From Hypanus sabinus (Eukaryota), in the NCBI RefSeq assembly GCF_030144855.1, contig NC_082716.1, positions 25,606,001 to 25,670,000 of the forward strand: 64,000 nt of DNA, read 5' to 3'. Each line of letters opens with the position of its first letter. Position 1 is the stretch's first letter. Position numbers and translations under genes: made by a program. Shown here piece after piece: positions 36,572 to 49,862 of the stretch. A model generated the notes under the pieces. It searched no databases. It worked only from the letters and a program-made list of their open reading frames with translations, and had not been told where the DNA came from.

Positions 36572-37611
36572 GATAATAGAGGTTTATGGACTATGTAGGA
36601 GGGAAGGGTTAGATTGATTGTGGAGTAGGTTAAAGGGCCAGCAAAACATCGTGGGCTGAAGGACCAGCACTCTGCTGTACTGTTGTGTTCTCCGTTGTAT
36701 GTATAAAACAGAAAATGCTGCAAATGCTCAGCAATCCAGCCAATGCAAATAGAAAGAGAAACAACATCTGTTGAAGGGTCTTCAACCAAAAGGCATTGCC
36801 TTGGTTTCTATCTATCTTGCTGCTGCCTGTCTTCTGTTTGTGTACTGCTTCCTCAGTTCTTCACTGAGACATCAGCTGAGATTGTTATGTCCTTTTGCCT
36901 GGAGGCCAGTCCATTTGGGTATGAATATAACCTATAGAATTGTGCCCTCTCTCTGTAAATGGCTTCACTGCTGTTCAGATTCTTGTACCACAATTTTCAT
37001 ATATGCCAGTAAGCAATGTGAGTAGTTCTGGCATCTGGCCAGTCTTAATCAAATGATGCATAAGTACCAATTTGGCTCATGTCCCTCACCAACATCACTG
37101 GGTACGCTTCAAGGCTATTAAGCCTATTTTTTTGAAGCAATTTGACTATTTTCCCAGCAGATCAGAATATTTTTGATGAAAAGCTCAAGAGCATAGACGG
37201 AGATTACCAGTTGTGGAATGTTTTGCATTGCACCACAAAACACTGATAAATAATTTATCTAAATAATGTCATACACAACATGCTTGAAAATGGTTCTGAA
37301 CCACGTCTTTCCAATTTAAACTTATTTTTTCTCCTAAAATTTACTTCCTCAATAGATAAGATTCTGTGACATAATAAAATTGTGACCCAAGTATTGTTTT
37401 TAATCTAAGTATTAAATATGATTTTGTTTTATCAGTTTGGGACATTAGAATTATCATGTCTCTAACACATGGTGCTAACATTTGCTGCTTAGATGTAAAT
37501 ATTTTCTTATACAGAGAATATAAGGTGATTTTGATGTTCATGCACCTTGTTAAGACTTACGTTGGAAGAAGGAGACAATCATAATATTAAGAGTGTTCTA
37601 CAGGATACTGA

Positions 37612-37960
37612 AGAACATAAGACATAGGAACAGAATTAGACCATTCATATCCAGTCTGTTCTGCCATTCCATCATGGTTGATTTATTTTCCCTCTGAACT
37701 TTCTTCCTCTGCCTTCTCCCCATAACCTTTGGCATCCTTACTGATCAAGAAGCTGTCAATGTCCGCTTTAAATATACCAAATGACTTTGCCTCCACAGCC
37801 GCCTGTGGCAATGAATTACACTGATTCACTCCCCTCTGGCTAAAGAAATTCTGCATGTCTGTTCAAAAGGGATGTCCTTCTATTCTGAGACTGTGCCCTC
37901 TGGTCCTAGACTCCCCTGCTATAGGAAACATGCTCTCCAAATCCACTCTATCTAGTCCTT
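37612..37960 (-). mobile_element. CR1 LINE 3' end
   Basis: CR1 3' UTR; FFSQRGV and ESRTRGHSLRI on minus. Confidence 0.85.
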
Positions 37961-38004
37961 ACTGGGCCTTGAGAAAGAAGGGGGAGCCTATCTACAAAAT
38001 ATCG

Positions 38005-38455
38005 CAAGGTCAGGCAGCATCTATGGAGAAGAATAAAGAGCAAATGTTTTGGGCCAAGACCCTTCATAATTCTGGAAAGGAAGGGGAAAGAACCCTAAAC
38101 AAGGTGGGGGAGGGCAAGAGTACAAGTTAAAGGTGATAAGCAAAATGAGGGAAGGGGAAAGGTAGTTGAATGGGGGAGTGGTGAGAAGTTTGGAGGTGAT
38201 AGTTGGAAAAGGTAAAAGACTGAGGAAGGAGGAATCTCATAGGAGAAGAGAGTGGACCATTGGAGAGGGGATGGGCACCAGAGGGAGGTGAAGGGCAGGT
38301 GACGAGAAAAGAAGAGATAACTGTGGAGTCTGAATAGGGAATGGAAAAGAAAATGAGAGGATTGGGGAGAATCTACTGGAAGTAGGAGAAATTGATGTAC
38401 CAACTTTGTATGTGTTACTCTGGATTTCCAGCATCTGCAGAATCTCTGGTGTTTA
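38005..38455 (-). mobile_element. Penelope-derived pLTR repeat (degenerate hammerhead, CT-rich tract)
   Basis: Minus: ttatgaagggtcttggcccaaaacatt near 38043-38069; purine-rich tract on plus; inverted tail piece at 38405-38455. Confidence 0.65.
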
Positions 38456-38719
38456 GAATATTACATGGATGTGAGTGAACAGCAGAATGATGATGTTGGG
38501 GAGGCTTTATAAATCCAATATTCGCTAGAATCAAGGAATAGAAGGAAAGATATTCTAAAATGCATTTTTGGGAAAATTGATCAGAAAGTTTTCAATCCAA
38601 TCAGAGTGGGTTCATTTTTACATCTCTTTCTGACATTAGGTCTATTTGTTCCAGCTCATTTCTCGGAACTAAATCCAGAAGTGTTGTTGGATTTGGTTCC
38701 AAGAAATGAGCTGGAACAA

Positions 38720-39300
38720 GTTGACACCAGCCTTCATTGAGTGGTCAGTAGAGGAAAGAGTGAGCATGTTCTTGGGTGTCAACATCAAAGAGGATCTACC
38801 CTGAGACCAATATATTGATGCAATCATGGAGAAGGTCCACCAGTGCTGCACCTTAAGAATTTGAGGATGTTTGGTATTTTACCAAGGCTTACAAATTTAT
38901 ACAAATGTACAGTGGAGAGCATTTATCTGATTGCATAACAACCAGGTATGGAAGATTGCAAGAGGCTGCAAAAGGGTGTCGACTCAGCCAGCTCCATCAT
39001 GAGCAGAACCCCCCTCACCATCAAGAACATCTTCAAGAGGTGGTGCCTCATGAAAGCATCATTGTCACCATAGGGTACAATGTCTTCCTTGCTTTCTAAC
39101 TATTCACGAGGAGGAACAGGAGCTTGAAGACCCACACTCAACATTTTAAGAACAGTTTTTTTTCCCTCTGCCATCAGATTTCTGAGTGATTAATGAACAC
39201 TACCTCATTTTACTTTGTTTATACTGTATATTTTTGTAGCTTATTTTACATCTTCCACTTCTGGGATGTGAAAAGCAACAACTTTCACAACATATGTCAA
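38720..39300 (+). mobile_element. Rex1/Babar-like LINE 3' fragment
   Basis: FLGVNIKEDL, DCITTRYG, FKNSFF..AIRFL. Confidence 0.8.
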
Positions 39301-39499
39301 TATTTTGGCTGCTTTGGATTCCTCCCATATTTTAAAGACAGATTGGTTAATTGGTCATTGTAAATTGTCCTGTGATTAGGCTAGAGTTAAATACCTGTTT
39401 TCAGGTTGCTGCACCGTGTGGCTCATTGAGCCAGAAGGGCCTGTTCCTCGCTGTATCTCCAAATAAATAAATGATAAAACTAACTGGAAATCAGAAAAA

Positions 39500-41260
39500 C
39501 AGTAACATTATAGAATCATGAGCAATACCGAATGGCCAGAGACTCTTTGGCCAACCTACCAGTCCTAATTTCCTGCATTTGCCCAGATCCCTCTGAGCCC
39601 TTGCCCCTTCATGTACCTATCCAAGCTCTTCTTAAAACAACTGCTTTTGTACATACCACAACCTTTGTCAGCTCATTGCATATACTCACTACACTTTCCA
39701 TTGAAATGCTGCCCCTCAGGTCTCCTTTAAATCTTTATCCTCTCATCCTAAAACTATGATCCCCTTGATTTGGTCCCCAGAAAAGATGGGCAGCATCTGT
39801 GGAAAAGAGTAAGTAGTTGGCATTTCAGGCCAAGGCCCTTCATCAGGACGAGAAAAGAAGGGTGAAAGAGTCAGGTCTTCAATATGGGTTGTCCCTCATT
39901 CTCTTATGTTCCGAGGAGTAAAGATCTAGCCAGGCTAACTTCTCCCAATACTGTAACTCATGTTCTTTAGGCCTGGCAACATCCCCATAAATCTTCTCTG
40001 CACTCTTTCCAGTTTAGCCAGATCTTTCCTGTAATAGGATGACCTCACCAATGATTTATACAGATGTAAACATAATATTCCAACTCATATACTTAGTACC
40101 CTGAGTGATGAAGGCCAGTGTGCTAAATAGCTTTTTTCATTCCTAATTAACTGTGATGCCAGGTTCGATGAACTATGCACCTATACTCTCCAGTCCCTCT
40201 GTTTCATCATGTTCTCTAGTGCCCTACAGTTTCTACTATATGCCCCACATTGAAATAGCTTTCTCAAATGCATCATTGTACCCTTGTCCCTATTGAAATC
40301 CATCTGGCACTCCTCAACCCATTTCCCTAACTGATCAAGATCCCCCATGTAATCTGATGAGTCCTCATTTGGAGTATGATGAGCAGTTTCGGGCCACTTA
40401 TCAAAGAAACGATGTGCTGACATTAGAGAGGGTTCAAAGGAGGTTCACAAAAATGATTCCAGGAGTGAAAGGCATATCATAGGAGGAGCATTTGATGACT
40501 CTGGGACTCTACTCATAGGAATTCAGAAGAATGAGTGGTGACCTCATTGAAACCTATCAAGTGTTGAAAGGCCTCAATAGGGTGGATGTGGAGAAGATGT
40601 TTTCTGTGCTGGAGAAATCTAAAACCAGAAGACATAGCCTTAGAATAGAGGGACATCCTTTTAGAATGAAGATGAGGAGTGAGGAGGAGTTTCTTTAGCT
40701 AGAGGATGGTGAATCTGTGGAATTCATTGTCACAGACAGCTATGGAGGTCAAGTCATTGGGTATATTTAAGACAGAAGTTGATAAATTTTTGATTACAGG
40801 GAGAAGACAGGAGATTGGGGCTGATGGAGGAAAATGGATCAGCCATGATGAAATTGTTGAAGCATACTCAGTGGGTCAAATGGCCTAATTTAGTTCCTAT
40901 ATCCTGTGGTCTTATGGTAATCTATGATATTCCTCTTCAACATCAGCAACACTTAATTTACCATCATCTGCAAATTTGTTCAGGCCTTGCACATAGAAGT
41001 GATTTATATACAATAAATAATGAATAACAGGAGTTCTAATACTGACTTCTGCAACCCACCACTAGTCATTGACCTTCAGATACCACTCTCTGCTTCAAAC
41101 CTCCATATCAATTTTGAATGGACCTATCTGGCTCTCTCTGGCTTCCATAGGATCCAAACCTCCAGACCAGCCAACCACGTTGACCTTGTAGAAGACTTTG
41201 CTAAAGTACATATAAACAACATTCTTTGAACTACCTTCATCTACCCTTTTGGTTCCTACT
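39500..41260. mobile_element. Minus CR1 interrupted by a plus CR1 (40365-40920) and a hammerhead repeat (39788-39875)
   Basis: Minus DLDQLGKWVEECQMDFN; plus LERVQRRFTKMIPG and VNLWNSLSQ; minus cgtc ctgatga agggccttggcct gaaa tgcc at 39815-39850. Confidence 0.8.
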
Positions 41261-42981
41261 GCTAGACTTTTTAATTACTCGATCGCAGGCGTTCTAGTCT
41301 TTTGTAATGGAATTGTCATGTTACAATGCTTTGGAGAATAACTTTGGAGAAAATGCAAATCAAACTAAAGTAGAACTTGTCACTAGTGGAAGCCTAACCA
41401 GAATAACATAAAATAAAAGGTTATCATGCAAACCTATAATGGAACAAAGGATGACCTTTAAAGATGAAATATTTCAGGTACAGATGAAAAACCTTCTAAC
41501 AAGGGCAATGATATGGAAAAGTGGTGTTATCTGGATGCAAAAGGGGATAGATAATATGATAAAATATTGAACTGGGGTGACCGGTGTAACTGAGATAATG
41601 GGGCTCTCAGGCCCCATTTGTGCGGATATTTGGACCTCACTGATTGAGGAGAAGGGGGAATTAGATTGAGTTTCTATGTTTAAGAAGTGTATAGATAGGA
41701 ACAAATAAGCAAGCTGTGGATCTAACTTGGGCAAATGGGGCCACTGTAGGTGAATATCATCAGTGGCATGGATGTGATGAGAAAAGGGCCCGTTGAAGTG
41801 CTTTACAACTTTGTGACTTTTTCTGGCAAGTACTAGGCTCACTGTTGAAATCCAAACAGTTACTGAAAAGATGGACAAAGAGCAATTGAGAATAAAATGA
41901 CAGTTAACATTGAGGAACTCCGCAGCTTTGTATGGGAGCGTGAGTAGTTAGCGAGAAGTAAAAGGTGGTGAGCAACCCGCTGAGTGAGTGAGAAGGCAAA
42001 AGTGGAGTCAGAATTGGAAATAAAGTTGGCAGAAACCAGAATACAAAGGTTGGGGGAGAGGAGTATAAGCAGACAGCTGATATGTGAGACCAGGTGAGGG
42101 GGGGGGAAGTGGATGTGTGGGGAGGGCAAATGATGTAAGAATATGTGTGATGATAGGTGGAAGAGGTGGTAAAGAGCTGAAGAAGGAATCTAATAGGCGA
42201 GGGCAGTAGACTACAGAATAAAAGGAAATAGATGGGAACCAAAGGGAGGGGATGGGCAGGTTATAAGGGCAATAGAAAAGTTCCAGGGATGGTGAACTTA
42301 AGTTGCAAGACTATAGTGCAGAAGCTGGGGTTATTCTTCTTTAAGTAAAAAGGTCAATGGAAATTTGATAGTGATTTACGAGATTATGATTGGTTTAGTT
42401 GGGTCAATTGAGTTTCATGCCATTAGCAGATCACTCAAAATTCAAAGAACAGACTTAAAGCCAGGGAATATTCAAGTATGAAGAGGAATCATTTTACCCA
42501 GAATCTGATTACGTTCTGAAAATGAGTGCTAGGTAGGACAGCAAAAAGAGAACTACTCAGGGTTTCGAAGAAGAATTGATTAGGCACTCATGGTAAAAGA
42601 GCAGTGAACAGGGCTTACTAGATTGTTCTACCCTGAGCTAACATTGTGTCAATGAATTGAATAATCATCTATACCAGTCTTCTGCAATGAATCAATGATT
42701 TTATTCTATTATTTAGCAATACCATACTTCAAGTCCTGTTTTAGTGGCAATAATGGATCACATTTAATTTTTAATGTGTGACCACAATGGCATTTTACTC
42801 CAGCATACTTCCTGAAGAAACACCAAAAGCAAGATTTGGGCATTAAACTAACACTTGTTAATTATTTAAGAAAATAAAGTAGTGATCAGGAAAACATAAT
42901 GCCGTCTGAAGCAATTATATTTACGGTCCGACATCAGAACTGATCAACTTCTTTTAATTTATTGCTTATCCTTGATATGTA

Positions 42982-43468
42982 CAGTTCTGCACAAAATTCT
43001 TAGGCACATACATAGAGTATCGAAGACTTTTGCACAGTACTGTTGTTTTTCAATGTGGAGTGGAGAGAGAGTTTGTAAATCTAGTGAGTGCAAAGGATGT
43101 TGGGAATGACAAGGGTGGAGTTGTGTGGGTGGAGTCCGGGACAGATGGCACTGACGGAGTGCCAGGGCTGAGTTGGGGGGCTGAGGTGGAGTGGGTGAAG
43201 ACATACCCAGCCCTGAGACGCCAGACAAGATCATTTGATTCCAAACAATTGGTTTATTGATCATTACCTTCCCTTCCCCAACCATGATTCCCCTCTCCCC
43301 ACCCCCTTCTCACACTCAGTCTACAATAGAGACCCATATCATCACTCACATATGTCATGAAATTTGTTTTGTGGCAGCAACACAGTGCAATACATAAAGC
43401 TATATACTGCACAAGTGCTATATACTGCATAGGTACCCAAGACTTTTACGAAGTACTGAGGAACTGTA
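42982..43468. mobile_element. Tc1-type MITE composite with a palindromic mini-element at 42982-43042
   Basis: ta cagttctgcacaaaattcttaggcac ... aagacttttgcacagtactg; a third TIR copy near 43437-43459; related mini-element at 51678-51752. Confidence 0.6.
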
Positions 43469-43544
43469 GCATTTGCCTTCAAACATATTTGCAATATTCA
43501 GTTTTCACAATGTGTTTTCCATGCATTGTTATATTTCTTTCCTT

Positions 43545-44216
43545 AACAACCCTGCACTCAACATCAGTAATACCAAAGGACAGATTGTGGACTTCTGAAA
43601 TGGTAAGATGAGGGAACACACATCAGTCCTCATAGAGGGATCAGAAGTGGAGAGTGTGAGCAACTTCGAGTTCCTGGGTGTTAGTATCTCTGAGCAACTG
43701 TCCTGGTCCCAACATATCGATGCAGCGAGAAAGAAAGCAAGACAGGAGCTACATTTCATTAGGAATTTGAAAAGGGTTGATGTGTCACCTAACACACTCA
43801 CAAATTTCTACAGATTCATCGTGGAGAGCAATCTGACTGGCTGCATCACAATCTGGTATGGGGGTGGGGGGAACGCTACTGCACAGGATCAATGTAAGTG
43901 GCAGAGAGCTGCCAGCTTCATCTTGGGCACTAGATTCCATAATCTCCAAGGTACCTTCAAGGCAGCATCCGTTATTAATGACCTTCACCACCCAGGACCC
44001 GCCCTCTCATTTGTAACTATCAGGAAGGAGGTCCCTCACTACCTCTTTTTTTTTTATTTCTGTTTTGCCCTACTTATTTAACTATTTCATATATACACCA
44101 TACTATATATATATTATAAAATTCAGTTTTTTCTTTGTGTATTGTATTGTGCTGTTGCCGCAAAGTTAACAAATTTCACGACATATGCTGGTGACATTAA
44201 ACCTAATTTTGATTCT
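43545..44216 (+). mobile_element. Rex1/Babar-like LINE 3' fragment
   Basis: FEFLGVSISEQLSWSQHID, LTNFYRFIVESNLTGCITIWYG; terminal gacattaaacct...gattctg. Confidence 0.9.
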
Positions 44217-44335
44217 GCTATCATAAGGTCAAGTTGCTCTTTGCTGACATGTTGTTAAGAATAAGTATCTTTTAATTGTTTTTGCAGTCTATCGGTCTGA
44301 AACAGTTTTGCCTGGTAAAGCAGAAGGAAGATGCC

Positions 44336-45161
44336 CTCAGTGGTTATTTTAGTAGGTATAGAGGAAACTATTAAAGTGGCCGCTGAGTGTATGTTTGTGG
44401 TCTTCTGCTGCTGTAGCCAATCCAATTCAAGGTTCAACATATTGTGCACATTATCAGGGAGAGAGTGAGCCTATGGCATGTGGAATTGTCCGGTGAACTA
44501 TTCGTTTTTGTTGTACTGCAAATCATGGTCTATACTGGTGGCCTTGTTATTGCATGGGTGGAGAGTGCTGATGCTTTTTTGCAGAAGTGGGTGGGGGGGT
44601 TGGTCGTTGCTTTGCTGCTGTTTGTGTGTGGGGGGGGCTCTGGGTTTCTAACGTATTAACTGTCACTCATTCTTTGGGGCATTCTGTTTTCATGGATATC
44701 TGTGAAGAAAAAGATGTCATGATGTATATTGTGTGCATTTTTCTGATATTAAATGAAACTATTGTGTTCACTTGAGTTACTATTGCCTTCCTGCTAACTT
44801 GAAACAATCTGACCATTCTCCTCTGACCTCTGTCAATAGCAATGAATTTCGCCTGCAGAACTACTGCTCAATGAATGTTTTTTTTTGTTTTTCACAATGT
44901 TCTCTGTAAACTCTAGAGTGTTACACGTGAAAACTCCCAGAAGGCCAGCAGTTTCTGAGAAACTCAAACCACCCTGTCTGGTGCCAACAGTCATAGTCAC
45001 TAAGATCACATTTCTTCCCCAGGCTGATGTTTGATCTGAACAACAAATGAACCTCTGGATCATGTTTGCATGCTGTTATGCATTGTGTTGCTGACACATG
45101 ATTGGCTAATTAGATATTTGCAATAATGAGCAGGTGTACCTAATTAAGTGGCCACTAAGTA
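44336..45161 (-). mobile_element. Tc1-like deletion derivative (transposase N-terminus remnant) with a LINE 3' UTR insertion at about 44450-44765
   Basis: TIRs ctcagtggttattttagtaggta / tacctaattaagtggccactaag; minus VGTRQGGLSFSETAGLLG resembles the Tc1 paired-like HTH; extra inverted TIR copy near 44365-44390. Confidence 0.75.
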
Positions 45162-46013
45162 TATATTCCTCTCTCTGAGGAAATTGACAACCTGGGTAAA
45201 TCTTCTTATCACTTTTATATTGTTGACAAAGATATAATAATCGATAATATAAGCAATTAGTTGGTCTGACATTCCTCCATTCATTACTTGAACAGATAAG
45301 CTATATAAAATGAACAGGTAAACTCAATTAAACTAATAGTCATAGGAACGTAATGTGAAATGTAGAAATTGGATGAATTGCATATCTTAGCAGAAAACCT
45401 TTAGGTTATAACCAAAGTTAATTACTACTTTAAATCTTTTGAAAGTATTTGAACATATGTGAGTGGTTGAACAAGCAAGTTAATAATTATATTAGCATTT
45501 CTCCTGATGTTTTACTTTCTTTGTTTGTAAATAAAATATGCCTTTACAGCAATTTTGTTTTATTACCACATGCTTGCTCCAGAAAAAGCAAGTGAAAATG
45601 CAAAATGGAAAAAGTACTGCAGTTTAAACCACTATTTTAATTTGGGTCTGAATGAGGCAGGAAATGAACTCAGTTGTGTGAGGGAGATTTTAGTTATTGG
45701 ACCATCTCAGAACAGATAGTCACAAGTGACCAGTAAGTAGGAATGCCTGTTCTGTTTGGATTTATCTCTGGCCTTATAAATCGATTGACCTTTTCTTATT
45801 GTTCCATCTACCCAAGAAAGTCCTCAGCATACCTCCTCCCACCAGAGAATCACAGGAATTTGAAGGGCAGTAGGAAACCACCACCAGAGAATCCCAATTT
45901 CCAGCCCGTCAAATTCAAACTTTTTTAAACAACCGATGAATGCAATAATAAGCAGTGGTTAGTCATAAATGTTTTTTAATAGCATTTGAAGGGTGGCTTA
46001 AAATAGTCATTAG

Positions 46014-48113
46014 GATGAATAAACTCTTCTCGGAGTCCCAGCCTAGTACAGGTGTCAATTATAACTAACATTTGATAACAAACTCTGCCATCTTCTTCAG
46101 GGATGATACCTGGGCATGTTTAGTCCACTGGTATTTATACCCCCATAGTCTGTCCCTCCTGATTGATTAGTCCTCATCCAATCAGGTTTCTGCTGTCCTA
46201 CCTTGTTTACAATCAAATTCCAGTTCTTACTTAAAGTGAGACCTTCGTCTTTGTTAAAATTCTTTTCCTCTAATTTTATTTCAATGACTTTATTTACAAG
46301 GTGGCCCCAAAAGCCATTGGTGTGATACAGTAGTTTTGTGCTATCAAAGTCAATGCTCTGCTACCGCTGATTTCTCTGGGTAACCCAAACAGATGTACTG
46401 CCTGTGCTCCTTGATGCGGGTTTCCATCGTGCATCCTGTCTGGCTGATATACACTGCTCCACCTTCACAGGGAATCCTATCAACACCAGACGACCTAAGT
46501 CCCAGGTCATCTTTGACCTCCGTAAGCTGTGATTTGAGCTTCCTTATGGGTTCGTGGATGGTGTTAATCCAATCTTTCTTCAGAATCCTGGTGATCCTTC
46601 CAGAAGTCTTGGGAATATGAGGAAGACTCTATTGTCAGTGGGATAGATGCCTCACTAAGCATTTAATGGCCATCCTGTGTTGGGGGCTATAAGCATCATA
46701 TCATGATTTCAATCAACTTCATTAAAACCATAACCAACATCCAGCTGAATCCAGAGGACATAATCAGCAGTTTCAACATAGTGACCCTGGTCAGGAGAAT
46801 TCCCATTAATGACAACTTTGTCCTCCTGTAGTCAAGGTTTGACAAGGGTGCCATTGATCTCTTTGAAAACCCCGTTACGTCGACATACTTCCTTTATAAG
46901 GGGAACTACTATAAGCAAACAGATGGATTGGCCGTGGGATTGCACTTGTCACCAGCTATAGCTAATCTCTACATGGTGGACTTTGAGGAGAGGGCCCTGA
47001 ATTCCTTGCCCTTACACCCCAAATACTTCTTCAGATATGTTGATGACACTTTCGTAGTGTGACCTCATGGAGTCCAGGCACCAACAGTTATACAACCACC
47101 TGAACAGCGGACATCCAAACATTTACAGTGGACTTGGAGAAAAATAATTGCTTCCTGTTCCTGGATATTTTAATATGATAGAATCTAGATGGTAGCCTTG
47201 GATATGGCATCTATTGGAAACCCACTCACACGGATTTGTACTTCAACAATAACAGCCACCATTATGCCTCCCAATGTAGAGAAGTTCTTTTTACTTTAAC
47301 TGCGCAAAAACTACCTTGGATCCAGAGAGTCTCCCTGAGGAAACAAGATGGTTATACATGATGTTCCTACAAAATAGCCACTAGGTGAAGAAAATCAATC
47401 AGGACCTTAAAGGAAAACCAGGAAACCTAACAATGAGGAGGAACCCGTTGCTACCACCTGTCTTCCTTATATTCCCGTGGTTTCTGGGAGGATCACAAGG
47501 ATCCTCAAGAAATAACCGATTAATACCATCTACAAACCTGTAAGGAAGCTCAAGTCACAGCTTATGTGGGTCAAAGATGACCTGGGACTCAGGTCGGCTG
47601 GATTCCCTGTGAATATGGAGCAGATGATATTAGCCAGGTGGGACACATGGTGGAAACCCACGTCATGGAGCATAGGAGGTGCATCCATTTGGGTTACCCA
47701 GAGAAATCGGTGGTAGCTGATCACTGCATTTGCAATGGTCATAGATTGACTTCGATGGCACAAAAGTACTGTGCCACACCAATGGCTTTTGGGACTGCCT
47801 GGTCAAGAGAGCCATTGAAATAAAGCTAGAGGAAAAGAACTGTAATAAAGATGAAGGTCTCACCCTAAGTAAGAACTGTAATTCGATTGTAAACAAAGTG
47901 GGAGAGTGGAAACCTGATTAGATGAAGACTAACCAAACAGGACAGATAGATTACAGGTGGTATAAATACCACCAGACTAGACAGGCCCAAGCATCACCTC
48001 TGAAGAAGGTGGCAGAGTGTGTCATTGAAATGTCAGTTACAATCGATACCTGTACCCAGCTAGAAGCCCGAGAAGAGTTTATTCATCATGTACGCCGAGA
48101 AAGCACTAGATCC
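46014..48113 (+). mobile_element. Penelope-like element (Poseidon/Penelope type), 5'-truncated, with inverted pseudo-LTR
   Basis: Plus RT motifs IVSGID, ISSFNIVTL, YFLYKGNYYKQTDGLAVG..LSPAIANLYM, FFRYVDDTFV, FLDIL, KPTHTDLY; GIY-YIG part IPCE.., EHRRCI..SVVADH, EAIEIK-like, NKDEG. 46014-46620 is the reverse complement of about 47480-48087. Confidence 0.9.
47996..48037 (+). ncRNA. Hammerhead motif in the Penelope pLTR (mirror copy near 46062-46103, minus)
   Basis: CTGAAGA a ggtggca gagtg tgtcatt GAAA tGTC: core plus a 7-bp stem II including G-U pairs. Confidence 0.6.
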
Positions 48114-49243
48114 TCAGTCATTGGGACATTTACTTTTAATTCCAAAGGCGTCTATTCCAACGCTGAAGAACTGGCAACAAGCAATGGAACTGGTAGGTCT
48201 GCTACCTGGATACACTGCAATATAGATTTTGTGGAGGTGAAGGTGTTTGTAATTCATGAAATAGATCCTTTTGAACTTCTCTTCACCAATTACAAAGCAA
48301 GTACTGAACATCACTCCTTAAATATGGAGACTAAATACTCAAAATGTGGTCTAACTATTTCCATGTACTGTGGCATCTAAACAAACCTACTTTTAGGATG
48401 AAGAGTCTTGGCCTAAAATGTTGATTGTTTATTCCCTTCCCTTGATGCTGCCTGATATGTTGAATTCATCCAGTATTTTGTGTATGCTTTTAAGCCTACT
48501 GTAATGTCCCTTTTAATAAAGACCCACATTCCATCAGCATGCTTAATTGCTTGATTTTGTCGCAAGCTAATATTATTTTTAAATTTCAAGTATTCTGATC
48601 TCAATATCCCTCTGTATTGTGACACTTTACAGTCTCAGTCCATTTAAATAGCAATTTGTTTTATCATTCTTCTTCCCAAAGTAGATTAATATTTTCCCAT
48701 ATTATACTCCATCTACCAATTTCAAGCCCACTCATTTATCTACAATATATCCCTTTGTAGGCTCTTTGCTTTCACTTTCTAACTTACTATCCCACCTGTC
48801 TTTGTATCAGCAGCAAAGTTGGTACTCGCATTCAACTCAATAAACAGAATTAAAAATTTTGCAATCCCAGGGCTATGAGAGCTCAGAGACTCATGTTTAA
48901 TCTTGAACATGGCTCCTGTCTGACCATAGTTTGCACATTCTCTTCCAAACTGCTTGGGTTTCCTCGCGGATCCCAAAGACTTGCTGTTCGGTTAATTGGA
49001 CACTGTTAATTGCCACTGGGTAAAGGTTAATTGCAAAAGAATCCAAAAGCAGTATTAATGAGCATGCCAGAGAGAATGAGTTGCTGGGGTACAGGGAGAT
49101 AAGCAGAGGGGAAAGAGGACTAATCAGATTGCTTTTCTTGAAGCCAGCATGGTTCTGCTGGATCATAGAATTATTCAGCTCAGAGATGGGCTCTTTCAAC
49201 CTTCCCTTTTCCACGCCACTGTGATGCCCATATATGCTAATCC

Positions 49244-49365
49244 TAGTCCTGATGAAGGGTCTCAGCCCAAAATGTTGACTTTTTATTCATTTCCACAAAT
49301 GTTGCCTGACCTGTTCAGTTCCTCTAGCATTTTGTGTGCGTGTGTGGATTTCTAGCATCTGCGGA
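49244..49365 (+). mobile_element. Short Penelope-derived hammerhead repeat
   Basis: agtc ctgatga agggtctcagccc aaaa tgtt gact plus the full tail; deviations are at CpG positions. Another degenerate copy at 48396-48490. Confidence 0.75.
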
Positions 49366-49614
49366 ATCCCTCAGGCTTGTGCTGATCCCAGTTGCCTGCA
49401 TTAGGTCTGGACTATGTCTTTCCTATCGAGATACCTGTCCAGCTATCTTTTAAATATAGTATTTGTGTCTGCCTCTACCACCTCCTTTGCTTGCAGATAT
49501 CTACCCCCCTTGGAAGAAAATTTAAAAGTTACAAGCTTTTTGGAACTGCAAATGTACACGAAAAATAGAATTCATTTTGTGCTTAGAACGATGGAACAGT
49601 TAGAATTGAGGTAT

Positions 49615-49862
49615 CATGGTGGCACAGCACGATTACAGCTCGCGGTGATGCAGTTCGGAGTTCAATTCCGGCGTCCTCTGCAAACAAGTTTGTATGGTCC
49701 TTCCCATGTGTGCGTGAGTTTCCTCCGGATGCTCCAGTTTCCTCCCACAGACTTACCAGTGAGTTGGTTAACTGGTCATTGTAAATTGCCCTGTGATCAG
49801 GCTAGGGTTAAAGTTCGAGCCATAAGGACTTGTTCCACACTGTATCTCTGAATTTAAAAAAT
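49615..49862 (+). mobile_element. tRNA-derived V-SINE (HE1-like)
   Basis: B-box ggagttcaattcc; V-domain gcgtgagtttcctccggatgctccagtttcctcccacag; CR1-like tail. Confidence 0.75.

Noticed and set aside
47922-48380. 152-aa plus ORF
   Set aside because: Read-through across the Penelope pLTR, flanking DNA and an old CR1 remnant; chimeric by chance.
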